Positions 7,450 through 15,408 of a stretch of 48,495 bases of DNA are shown piece by piece. The position numbers were made by a program, and so were the translations under genes. Position 1 is the stretch's first letter, and each line of letters opens with the position of its first letter. The stretch comes from Methanobacteriota archaeon. GTDB lineage: Archaea; Thermoplasmatota; Thermoplasmata; RBG-16-68-12. The notes below the pieces were generated by a model. It worked only from the letters and a program-made list of their open reading frames with translations. It did not search any database and was not told where the DNA came from. The DNA is taken from positions 1 to 48,495 of the forward strand of contig VBLU01000083.1 of NCBI GenBank assembly GCA_005879065.1. The letters are read 5' to 3'.

Positions 7450-8046
7450 GTGCAGCTGGAGCGAATCCTGCAGTCGTTGGAGCCGGTGAAGATTCCGTCC
7501 CCATCGGCGGAACAATATCCGACGCCCGCCGCGATCGCGGCCGAGGTGATCCAATTTGCTCTCGGTCGGAGCGACATCGCAGGTCGCTCCGTCGTAGACT
7601 TGGGCTGCGGGAACGGCGTCCTCGCGATCGCCGCGAAACTGTCGGGGGCAGCCCGCGTTCTGGGTGTTGACGCGGATCCCGAATCCGTCGAAGTCTCCCG
7701 CCGCAACGCCGAACGCTCGGAGGTCGAGGTCGAGTGGGAGGTCGCCGACGTAAGCAGCGTGCACGAACGGTTCGACACGGTTTTGATGAATCCCCCCTTT
7801 GGCGCCCAAACCCGCCACGCGGACCGTCCGTTCATCGATGCCGCGATGCAGTTGGGGAAGGTGGTGTACATGTTTCTGAATGCGCCGTCCGAGCCGTTCG
7901 TGGAGCGGAGGATCGAGACGACGGGAAGCCGCATCACCGACCGACTCGAATATAGGTTCCCGATTCCGCATTTGTTTTCGTTCCATCGGCAAGACGTTCG
8001 GACGCAGGAGGTCCTCCTCTATCGCGTCGAGGTGGCGAAGGGCTAA
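7450..8046 (+). CDS. METTL5-like (COG2263-type) SAM-dependent N6-adenine RNA methyltransferase
   Basis: 198 aa with a GTG start. SAM motif VVDLGCGNGVLA and catalytic NPPFG. The methylase-csl4 adjacency is a known archaeal arrangement. Confidence 0.8.
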   Translation: MQLERILQSLEPVKIPSPSAEQYPTPAAIAAEVIQFALGRSDIAGRSVVDLGCGNGVLAIAAKLSGAARVLGVDADPESVEVSRRNAERSEVEVEWEVADVSSVHERFDTVLMNPPFGAQTRHADRPFIDAAMQLGKVVYMFLNAPSEPFVERRIETTGSRITDRLEYRFPIPHLFSFHRQDVRTQEVLLYRVEVAKG

Positions 8047-8094
8047 ATACCGAGGTCCGTTCTTCGTGCGGACAGACGGAGTGGAAAAGGCCGA

Positions 8095-8859
8095 ATGGAA
8101 GCCAAGATGGTCCTGCCAGGCGATGAGATCGCGACGGCGGAGGAGTTCGAACCTGGTGAGGGTACTTACGAGAAGAACGGTCTCGTGTTCGCGGCGACGC
8201 CCGGCGTCCTCGTCCTTGATCCCGGGAATCGTGTGGCGCGCGTGCGGGCTTTCAATCCGCCGGCCGAACTGCGGGTCGGGGACATCGTGTACGGGGTCAT
8301 CGACGACATTCGCGGCATGATGGCGACGGCGAACATCCTCGCCATCCACGGTCGTGCGCGCCAGATCAGCGGCGAGTCGGAAGGGACGATCCACATTTCG
8401 AATGTATCCGAGGATTATACCGAAGACATCCACGACAAATTCCGTTTGGGAGACGTCATTCGCGCTAAGGTGGTTCAGGTTAAGCCATCGGTCCAGTTGA
8501 CGACGGCCGAGTCAGACTTGGGTGTCGTGAAGGCCGTTTGCTCCGTCTGTCGTGGACCGCTCGAACTCCGGGATCGTGACCTATACTGTCCCCGCGACGA
8601 AAGGACCGAACAGAGAAAGCTCGCAGCGGACTATGCGGACCTTCGTCTCTTCGTTCCCGCGAGCGAACTCGGCGGGGGGACGATTCCGGAAAAACACCGC
8701 GGAGGTCGCGGCGAGGGCGCCGACCGCGGTGGGCGAGATCGTGGCGGGCGGGGAGGCGGCCGTGATCGGCCCCGCGATCGGGGCGGCGGCGGTCGGGGCC
8801 GCGACGGTCGAAGTCCACGGGGCGGCGGAAGGGATCGGGATCGCGGTCGGCATCGCTGA
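8095..8859 (+). CDS. csl4: Exosome RNA-binding subunit Csl4 with RG/RGG-rich tail
   Basis: N-terminal PGDEIATAEEFEPGEGTY, an S1 domain (GDIVYGVIDDIR...), and Zn-ribbon remnant CSVC...YCPRD. The final approximately 60 aa are RGG/RDRG repeats. Confidence 0.85.
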   Translation: MEAKMVLPGDEIATAEEFEPGEGTYEKNGLVFAATPGVLVLDPGNRVARVRAFNPPAELRVGDIVYGVIDDIRGMMATANILAIHGRARQISGESEGTIHISNVSEDYTEDIHDKFRLGDVIRAKVVQVKPSVQLTTAESDLGVVKAVCSVCRGPLELRDRDLYCPRDERTEQRKLAADYADLRLFVPASELGGGTIPEKHRGGRGEGADRGGRDRGGRGGGRDRPRDRGGGGRGRDGRSPRGGGRDRDRGRHR

Positions 8860-8962
8860 TTCGCGGCAAAATTCCTGATGATTGCGTTCCGAGAATTAGC
8901 ATCAAGAATCGAAGGCAAAAAGATAAGAACCTACCCCGTGATAGCAGCGCAACGAGGTTTTG

Positions 8963-9127
8963 ATGCCTCCGTCGAACGAAGAGCTCATGCGAGAACTGAC
9001 GCGTCTTCGCACGGAAATTCAGCAGCTCCGCGAGGTCGTGAGCGCCTTGTTCAACGCGGTCTTCGAGGAAGGGGACGAGGACTGGGATACGGTCCCCGAG
9101 AAGGACGAATTCAACCTCTACAACTGA
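8963..9127 (+). CDS. Candidate small ORF, 54 aa, acidic coiled-coil
   Basis: Hand-translated: MPPSNEELMRELTRLRTEIQQLREVVSALFNAVFEEGDEDWDTVPEKDEFNLYN. It shows G/C-rich third positions. AAAAAGATAAG lies about 40 nt upstream. It falls below the ORF-track length cutoff. Confidence 0.45.
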   Translation: MPPSNEELMRELTRLRTEIQQLREVVSALFNAVFEEGDEDWDTVPEKDEFNLYN

Positions 9128-9150
9128 AGGGACTCTTCGCACTGGCGTCC

Positions 9151-9162
9151 GTGGTTTATATT
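9151..9162 (+). promoter_or_regulatory. TATA box for glyA
   Basis: GTGGTTTATATT. The TTTATA starts 28 nt upstream of GTG 9183, implying a leaderless transcript. Confidence 0.55.
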
Positions 9163-9182
9163 CCCCCTGGCTATCCCTTCGC

Positions 9183-10394
9183 GTGGTCGAGCTCCGCGAC
9201 CTTGTGAAAGCGCATGAGGATTGGCGGCTTCGCGAGGCGATCAATCTCCAAGCATCGGAAAACGTAATGAGCACGGAGGCGCGGTCGCTCCTCAGCACGG
9301 ACTTCGCGCACCGGTACACGCTCCCTGAAGACTTGGTCCCCGGTTTGGCGGGTTTGAAAAACGCATATCGCGGCACGAAACATACGGACGCGGTGGAGGC
9401 GTTGTCGGAACGATATGCCCGCGACCTATTCCGATCCGCATTTGCATCGCTCAAGCCTCTCTCAGGTCACCTCGCCGGGTTCATGTTGCTGCAGGCCTGC
9501 TGCAAACGGGGCGACCGTATCTTGGTCGTCTCCTCGGCCCACGGCGGATACGACGGCTACATGCCGGGCTACTTGCCGGAGTATCTGGGTCTGACGGTGG
9601 ACTTCCTCCCATTTGACGAACGCACGTGGAACGTGGAGGCGAAGGCCGCCGCGGACGCGATCATCGAGACGAAGCCGCGCCTCGTGCTCGTCGGCGCTAG
9701 CCTGATCCTGTTCCCGTACAACCTACGCTGGCTCCGTGGCGCCTGCGACGATGTTGGAACGATTCTCGGGTACGACGCATCCCATGTGCTCGGTTTGGTT
9801 GCCGGCGGTGAATTTCAAAGGCCCATGATGGAGGGAGTCGACGTGCTCAGTGCCAGCACGCACAAATCGTTCCCCGGCCCGCAAGGCGGTCTCTTCCTCT
9901 CGAACCGGAAGGACCTGTTCGACCGTGCGATGCAAACGTTCCTCTGGCGGATCCAGGACAACGCGCACTGGAATCGGATTGCCTCGACTGCGCAGGTTTT
10001 CCTCGAGATGAAGGAGTTCGGCGGGGCCTATGCAAAGCAAGTGGTTGCCAACTCGAAGGCCCTCGGGAAACAACTGGACCTGCGGGGATTCCCGGTGAAG
10101 TTCGCGTCCCTCGGATATTCCCGGTGTCATCAGATTCACGTGGACCCGATCGTCCTCCGGGACGCATGGGGCCTGACCCCGGCGCAGTTCGCGGATCGGC
10201 TTGAAGCGAACAACCTGATCGTCGACGCGGTCGGCCGAATCGGGACGAGCGAGGTCACGAGGATGGGGGCGACCGAGGACGAGATGCAATCGATCGCAGG
10301 CTTGATCGTCCGCGCCGCACGAGGAGAGGATGTTCGGGTCGAAGTCGCGGAGGTCCGTGCCGGACTCCGCCTGTCGTTCGTGTTCCCGTCGTGA
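9183..10394 (+). CDS. glyA: Serine hydroxymethyltransferase-like PLP enzyme
   Basis: 403 aa with INLQASEN and the PLP-lysine motif SASTHKSFPGPQGG. It looks rather divergent from textbook SHMT elsewhere. Confidence 0.8.
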   Translation: MVELRDLVKAHEDWRLREAINLQASENVMSTEARSLLSTDFAHRYTLPEDLVPGLAGLKNAYRGTKHTDAVEALSERYARDLFRSAFASLKPLSGHLAGFMLLQACCKRGDRILVVSSAHGGYDGYMPGYLPEYLGLTVDFLPFDERTWNVEAKAAADAIIETKPRLVLVGASLILFPYNLRWLRGACDDVGTILGYDASHVLGLVAGGEFQRPMMEGVDVLSASTHKSFPGPQGGLFLSNRKDLFDRAMQTFLWRIQDNAHWNRIASTAQVFLEMKEFGGAYAKQVVANSKALGKQLDLRGFPVKFASLGYSRCHQIHVDPIVLRDAWGLTPAQFADRLEANNLIVDAVGRIGTSEVTRMGATEDEMQSIAGLIVRAARGEDVRVEVAEVRAGLRLSFVFPS

Positions 10395-10449
10395 CGCTCC
10401 CCGCAGAGGACTGGACAAAGGCCATAAGCCGTCCCCTCCTTAGCGGGCC

Positions 10450-11460
10450 GTGGCAGGTCCCGAGCGTTACCGCCGCCAGACGGTGCTCCCCGAAATCGGT
10501 GCAAAGGGCCAGCGAGCCCTCCGCGAGGCCAAAGTGGTGGTCGTGGGTCTCGGCGCCCTCGGAAGTGTCTCTTCCGACCTCCTGGTGCGGGCGGGGGTCG
10601 GTCGCATGCACCTCGTCGACCGAGACGTCGTGGAAGTCGTGAACCTGCAACGCCAAACCCTGTATTCGGAGGCGGACGTGGACAAGCCGAAAGCCGAAGC
10701 CGCGGCGGAACGTCTGCGTCAGGTCAACTCGGACGTCCAAATCGAAGGCGTCCCGAGAGACGTTCATTCTGCCACCGCGAAGGACATCCTCCAGGACGCT
10801 GACCTCGTCGTGGACGGGACGGACAACCTCGAGACGCGGTTCCTTTTGAACGAAGCCGCGACGGACCTCGTCATTCCGTTCGTCTACGGAGGTGCCATTG
10901 CCACGTATGGCATGGTGTTCTCGATCCGCACTCCCGACACGGCGTGCTTTCGTTGCTTCAACCCGACCACTCCCGCGCCGGGAAGCCTGCCGACCTGCGA
11001 GACCGCCGGCATCTTCAACGCGGTGGCGGCCCAGGTGGGAGCGATCCAGGCGGGCGAAGCCCTCCGGCTGTTGGTCGGGAAGGCTCCTTCCGGCGACCTC
11101 CTCCTCGTGGACGGCTGGAGTCCGGAAATCCAGAAGATCCACCTGACCCGTCGCTCCGACTGTCCCGTCTGCGTTCGTGGAGAGCGAGAATATCTGGGGG
11201 TCCGACGGACCCAGGTGCTGGCGTCCCTGTGCGGGAGCGACACGATCTCCCTTGATCCGATCCACACGGGCCTGATCGACCTCGAAGGTTTGGGTCGTCG
11301 GCTGGAGCCGCTCGGCACCGCCCGTCGGGCCGGTGGCGTCCTCGTCGCCGACGTCGAGGGTCGGCGGCTCACGATCTTCTCCGATGGGCGGGCGTTGATT
11401 CGAGGTGTGAAGGATGAGACCGAGGCCCGCGCGGTCTACGCCAAATACGTCGGGGTCTGA
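10450..11460 (+). CDS. ThiF/MoeB/HesA-family E1-like adenylyltransferase with extra C-terminal domain
   Basis: RYRRQ, VVVVGLGALGS, LVDRDVVEVVNLQRQ, and two CxxC pairs (CFRC, CPVC). The C-terminal approximately 85 aa is homologous to the stand-alone protein at 12130..12414. The start codon is GTG. Confidence 0.85.
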   Translation: MAGPERYRRQTVLPEIGAKGQRALREAKVVVVGLGALGSVSSDLLVRAGVGRMHLVDRDVVEVVNLQRQTLYSEADVDKPKAEAAAERLRQVNSDVQIEGVPRDVHSATAKDILQDADLVVDGTDNLETRFLLNEAATDLVIPFVYGGAIATYGMVFSIRTPDTACFRCFNPTTPAPGSLPTCETAGIFNAVAAQVGAIQAGEALRLLVGKAPSGDLLLVDGWSPEIQKIHLTRRSDCPVCVRGEREYLGVRRTQVLASLCGSDTISLDPIHTGLIDLEGLGRRLEPLGTARRAGGVLVADVEGRRLTIFSDGRALIRGVKDETEARAVYAKYVGV

Positions 11461-11461
11461 C

Positions 11462-12133
11462 ATGGCGCGAAAAGGAATCTTGCTTCTGAGCGGGGGCTTC
11501 GACAGTCCGGTCGCGGGCCGCCTGATGTCGCGCCAAGGGCTCGGGCTCGTCGCCGCACACTTCTCATTGGAGCCGATCACGGATGATGCGGCAGCCGTCA
11601 AGGCCCGGACTTTGTGCGGCCTTCTCGAAATCGGGTCCTTGTACGTCGTGCGGGTGGGAGAGGCCTTTGCGGAGGTCGCGCACGCTGCCAATCGGCGGTT
11701 CTACTTCATCCTCACGAAACGTCTCATGATGCGGCTCGCGGACGCGATCGGAGATCGGGAGGAGGCCGAGGTCCTCGTGACCGGCGAGAACCTCGGACAG
11801 GTGTCGAGCCAGACCCTCGCGAGCCTCCGGGCGATTGATGCGATCGCGCGCCGTCCCGTCCTGAGGCCGTTGATCGGGTTTGACAAACAGGAGATCGTGG
11901 ACCGGGCGAAGGAGATCGGCACCTACGAAGTCTCCAAGGGACCCGAGATTTGCGATCTGCTCGGGCCGCCGCGGCCGTCGACCCACGCGCGCCTGGATCA
12001 GATCCTTGGCGAAGAAGCCAAGCTCGATCTGGATCGGCTGGTCGCCTCCAGCCTTAGGGGCGTGGTAGCAGAAAGGTTCAAGGCGGACGGACCCGCTCGT
12101 CGCGTCCCCACCGGAATGAGGACGGCCGCATGA
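11462..12133 (+). CDS. ThiI-like PP-loop ATP pyrophosphatase, no THUMP or rhodanese domain
   Basis: ORF 11414..12133, with the start at ATG 11462, 1 nt after the thiF-like stop. PP-loop LLLSGGFDSPVA, VTGENLGQVSSQT, RPLIGFDKQEI, and single-Cys ICDLLGPPRPST. Confidence 0.8.
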   Translation: MARKGILLLSGGFDSPVAGRLMSRQGLGLVAAHFSLEPITDDAAAVKARTLCGLLEIGSLYVVRVGEAFAEVAHAANRRFYFILTKRLMMRLADAIGDREEAEVLVTGENLGQVSSQTLASLRAIDAIARRPVLRPLIGFDKQEIVDRAKEIGTYEVSKGPEICDLLGPPRPSTHARLDQILGEEAKLDLDRLVASSLRGVVAERFKADGPARRVPTGMRTAA

Positions 12134-12414
12134 CGTACTACCTGCTGAAACCGTGCCGCACCGCGACGGCCTTCATCTCGACGTTGAAGCAGGCGAGACG
12201 CGTCGATCTTGGTGCGGCGGCCGAGCGACTTCGTCTGAAGGGCTGGGTCGTCAACGACATGAAAGTGATGTTGATCCTCGACGGCGAACCTGAGCTCACC
12301 GTGTACGAAAGCGGCAAGATTCTCGTCAAGACGGACGAGGAGGCAGCGGCCCGAGCGTCGATCGATCGGGTGTACGAGGCCATCGGAATTTCCACGCCGC
12401 TGGCGACGGCCTGA
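12130..12414 (+). CDS. Small protein homologous to the C-terminal domain of the ThiF-like protein
   Basis: 94 aa with an ATGA overlap on the upstream gene. VDLGAAAERLRLKG...ELTVYESGKILVKTDEEAAARASIDRVYEAIG aligns with IDLEGLGRRLEPLG...RLTIFSDGRALIRGVKDETEARAVYAKYVG. Confidence 0.75.
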   Translation: MTYYLLKPCRTATAFISTLKQARRVDLGAAAERLRLKGWVVNDMKVMLILDGEPELTVYESGKILVKTDEEAAARASIDRVYEAIGISTPLATA

Positions 12415-12460
12415 GCCCGCGAACCGCCGTGGCGACCGTCCGCCGCGGCCGGGGAAGAAT

Positions 12461-13558
12461 TCAACCGCGAAAGGCGATGAGGACGACATCGACGACGAAC
12501 AACAAGACGACGAGGAACTCGAGGATGAGGAGTCGACGCGCTTCGAGCTCGGCCTGCGCGACTTCGTAGATCTCGCTGAGGTCCTTCATCTTCTCCTCGA
12601 CGATCTTCCGCCAGGAGTCGAGCTCGAACTTCCGCACGCACGCCCGATAGACCTTCCCCAGGAACCAGTCTCCCCACAGCTTGGAGATGTTGTCGACCTG
12701 GAAGGTGGCCTCCGCGAGGTCCATCCGGACTTCGGCGAGTTCCTTCACCGTGTCGTGTCCGCTCCGGAGGAACGAGCTCCGGGCGAACAGGTCCTCGAGG
12801 TCGTCGTAGGCCTTGTCGACGACCTTGTCTAGGAAGGCATCGTAGGTTCGCAGCTCAAGCAACTGAAGGTTCGCCAGCTCGAAGACGGTCAACGTGTCCT
12901 CGTACGTCGCGCTTGGCTCGACGATGAGCGCCGCGTCCCATTCGAGGACGACGAGGTCGTCCTGGTAGTAGGAGAACCAGTTCCGCCACGTGTCTTCGAC
13001 CTCCTCGTCGCTGATCGCCTCGGGTCGCGGGTCGTTCGCGAGGAGGGCGGTGACCTCCCGTCGCCAGGTTGTGGTGAATTCGCGGACCGGCGTTTCGCTG
13101 ACCGAGATGCAGTACACCGTGTAGGGTTCCGGGTCGACCTTCGTCTCGTAGGCGTCGTGGAGGAACGGAACCAGGTCTTCGATGATTCGCTCGGCGAGAC
13201 GGCCGCAGTATCCGTCCAGGTTTTCCTCGCGACCGGCGTCCTTGATCTTCAGGCTCGCGAACGGGCGCAGGTCGCGGAGGCCGGCCGCTTGGAAGGGGAC
13301 CCGCACGACGACCGCGAGCGCCCCGACTCCATAGAGTTTCACCGCGATCGAGGCGGTGAGCGGTCCGAGGTTCGTCGCCAGTCTCCGCTCATCTACGAAG
13401 ACAAGCAGCGGCTGTGCGAATCGGGCGTACCGGGGCGCGGCCCTCTCGGTTGGGAACCGGCCCGAGAGGAAGGGCATGTCGATCGTCTTCTGGATCTCGT
13501 CCAGGTCCACCGACGCACCCACGTCGAAGAGGCGGTAGAAGACGACCTCGCCCTTCAT
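12461..13558 (-). CDS. Membrane-anchored protein, possibly DUF155/RMND1-like
   Basis: ORF 12461..13570. I placed the start at ATG 13558, 30 nt downstream of CCTTAAGT. It has a C-terminal coiled coil plus one TM (LLILEFLVVLLFVVDVVLIAF). The family call is from memory of the RMD1/DUF155 architecture only. Confidence 0.7.
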   Translation of the reverse strand: MKGEVVFYRLFDVGASVDLDEIQKTIDMPFLSGRFPTERAAPRYARFAQPLLVFVDERRLATNLGPLTASIAVKLYGVGALAVVVRVPFQAAGLRDLRPFASLKIKDAGREENLDGYCGRLAERIIEDLVPFLHDAYETKVDPEPYTVYCISVSETPVREFTTTWRREVTALLANDPRPEAISDEEVEDTWRNWFSYYQDDLVVLEWDAALIVEPSATYEDTLTVFELANLQLLELRTYDAFLDKVVDKAYDDLEDLFARSSFLRSGHDTVKELAEVRMDLAEATFQVDNISKLWGDWFLGKVYRACVRKFELDSWRKIVEEKMKDLSEIYEVAQAELEARRLLILEFLVVLLFVVDVVLIAFRG

Positions 13559-13580
13559 GCGGCCGCGCAACCTGGCGACG

Positions 13581-13591
13581 AGACTTAAGGG
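13581..13591 (-). promoter_or_regulatory. TATA-like box for 12461..13558
   Basis: CCCTTAAGTCT on the minus strand, 30 nt upstream of ATG 13558. Confidence 0.45.
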
Positions 13592-13603
13592 CTCCGGTGA
13601 CGC

Positions 13604-14326
13604 CTATTCTCCATATCGTCGTTGGCGCATCTGGTACGATCGAAGGGCTCGGAGGAAGTCGATCTTCCGGAAGCCGGGCCAGTAGACGTCGACGAAGTAC
13701 AACTCCGAGTACGGATCCGGCAGGTCCGCCGTGTAGAGGCGCTTCGAAAAGAACTTCTCATCCACGTCGTCCGGGTCCACCTTGCCGGCCTGGGCGTCCA
13801 AGACCACGTCGCGGATCGCCCGGAGGATTTCCTCCCGTCCGCCGTAGGCCACGGCCACGTTGAAACGATATTGGTCGTATTGTTCGGTCCGACCTTCGGC
13901 ATACTCGATCGCCTCGATCACCTCGGGCGGCAGGAGTTCCCGGTTCCCGAACACGCTGACCCGGATCTTGTGGCGGTGGACCCGCTCGTCGTCTCCGACC
14001 CGACGGAAATTCTCAGCGAAGAGGTGCATCAGATGCTGGACCTCCTCGTTCGCTCGCCGGATGTTCTCCGTCGAGAAGGCGAACACGGTCAGGATGCGGA
14101 CGCCGACTTCGAGGCACCACTCGAGGACCTCCTCGAGTTTGTCCCGGCCTTTCACATGCCCATCGAGGACGTTCCCGAGGCCGATCTCCCGAGCGAACCG
14201 ACGGTTCCCATCCATGATGATCGCCACATGATGCGGCACGGGGGCCTGTTTGACCTGATGCAGGAGCCGGCGTTCGTAGGCCTGATAGGCGGCATCACTG
14301 ATGATCTTGGAGATGTCCGTCGGCAC
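13604..14326 (-). CDS. uppS: cis-Prenyltransferase (undecaprenyl-diphosphate synthase family) lacking a conserved internal block
   Basis: HHVAIIMDGNRRFA, FAFSTEN, and C-terminal YSELYFVDVYWPGFRKIDFLRALRSYQ. The sequence reads LPDP-YSELYF, so the approximately 21-aa DL.IRTSGE.R.S.FL.WQ.A block expected between them is absent (junction 13711/13712). Confidence 0.85.
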   Translation of the reverse strand: MPTDISKIISDAAYQAYERRLLHQVKQAPVPHHVAIIMDGNRRFAREIGLGNVLDGHVKGRDKLEEVLEWCLEVGVRILTVFAFSTENIRRANEEVQHLMHLFAENFRRVGDDERVHRHKIRVSVFGNRELLPPEVIEAIEYAEGRTEQYDQYRFNVAVAYGGREEILRAIRDVVLDAQAGKVDPDDVDEKFFSKRLYTADLPDPYSELYFVDVYWPGFRKIDFLRALRSYQMRQRRYGE

Positions 14327-14349
14327 CTAGGGATGCGACGAATGCCGAC

Positions 14350-14361
14350 CTATTTAGCCAT
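14350..14361 (-). promoter_or_regulatory. TATA-like box for uppS
   Basis: TGGCTAAATAGG on the minus strand. The TAAATA lies 30 nt upstream of GTG 14326. Confidence 0.5.
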
Positions 14362-14514
14362 TCGCGGGGACCGCAGATACAGATGGCGGGAGGCGCCGCT
14401 CGCGGTCCGGCCATCCCACCGTCGTGTTCGCGTTCCCGCGCCTCACCCGCAAACCTTTAAGTACGCTATTTTGTTGGTGCCGTCAGTTCCTTTCAATCCC
14501 TTCAGTGTGGTTTA

Positions 14515-15363
14515 GTGGCCTTATCGATGAAATTAGGTGAGTATCAGGACCTTTACCGAAAACTCGGGACGGTCCAGGACATCGACTTCCTGGCGGAGAA
14601 CTTCGGTTATGACAAAGAGCTCCTCCTCGTCGTCTACACGCAACGGATCGTCCGCGACACGACGAAGAAGTTCTATCGGGTGAAGGCCCAGGCGCGGCGG
14701 CTCGCCTTCATGTGGCAGAACGGGACGAGCCTCCTAGAGATCGCCCGAAGGTTCGATTTTCCGCCGATCCTCACCGCCCTGATGGTGCTGGAGCAGCGGA
14801 GGATCTCCCGCAAGAACTTCTGGAAGATGATCAACGACATCAACGGCATCAAGGACAAGCGCCTGCGACGGGAGCTCGAGGAAGTGAACCGCGCGGACAT
14901 CGTCTACTCTCCCGAGGGAACCGCCCGCCAGTACGCCCGCGGTCGGTGGGGCGAGGCGAAGCTTTCCACTTGGCTCAATGCCCGCGGCCTCCAATATGAG
15001 ACGGAGAAGGACCTCCGCGCGAAGTACGACAAGACCCCGGACATCCTGATGCACAAGCCGCTCGAGATGAACGGATCCCGGAAGTATTGGATTGAATCGA
15101 AGGCGACGTTCGGTGATCCGTATGAGATTCGGCGGCACATCAAGAAGCAGCTCCAGCCGTACAGCGACCTTTTCGGTGACGGCGCGGTCGTATACTGGTT
15201 CGGCTTCGTGGACGATCAGCAGTACGCTCTTCCGGAGGGCGTCGACATCGTCAGCCCGACGTTCTTCGAGACACCGCCGGTTCCCTTCCCGTACGCGCCC
15301 GTAGGGGAGACCCGCATCGAGGATCGGGCCCTTGTTCCCGACGCGGTCGATCTCCCTGAGTGA
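14515..15363 (+). CDS. CDIN1 (C15orf41)-like TPD-motif PD-(D/E)xK nuclease
   Basis: 282 aa. LRAKYDKTPDILM ... WIESKATFGD ... FGDGAVVYWFGF matches my recollection of human CDIN1 (YDKTPDFIL, WIESKASFGD, VIYWYGF), and the length is similar. The start may be ATG 14527. Confidence 0.8.
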   Translation: MALSMKLGEYQDLYRKLGTVQDIDFLAENFGYDKELLLVVYTQRIVRDTTKKFYRVKAQARRLAFMWQNGTSLLEIARRFDFPPILTALMVLEQRRISRKNFWKMINDINGIKDKRLRRELEEVNRADIVYSPEGTARQYARGRWGEAKLSTWLNARGLQYETEKDLRAKYDKTPDILMHKPLEMNGSRKYWIESKATFGDPYEIRRHIKKQLQPYSDLFGDGAVVYWFGFVDDQQYALPEGVDIVSPTFFETPPVPFPYAPVGETRIEDRALVPDAVDLPE

Positions 15364-15372
15364 GCGAGCCCG

Positions 15373-15385
15373 CAAACGTTTAAGC
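15373..15385 (+). promoter_or_regulatory. BRE/TATA-like element for aIF1A
   Basis: CAAACGTTTAAGC. The TTTAA lies 30 nt upstream of GTG 15409. Confidence 0.55.
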
Positions 15386-15408
15386 CTTCCCTCCCCATCG
15401 ACACGGAA

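Noticed and set aside
6298-8433. 711-aa minus-strand ORF spanning the GTPase, methylase and csl4 loci
   Set aside because: It lies antisense to three genes with clear family motifs. It is Arg/Gly/Pro-rich with no motifs. This is a typical long antisense ORF in high-GC DNA.
8671-8859. GC-rich repetitive DNA at the end of csl4 as a possible tandem repeat or CRISPR-like element
   Set aside because: It stays in frame with csl4 and encodes irregular RGG/RDRG repeats. There are no unit-length direct repeats with spacers.
10255-11691. 478-aa minus-strand ORF
   Set aside because: It lies antisense to the glyA 3' end, the thiF-like gene and the thiI-like gene. Its composition is low-complexity and Arg-rich.
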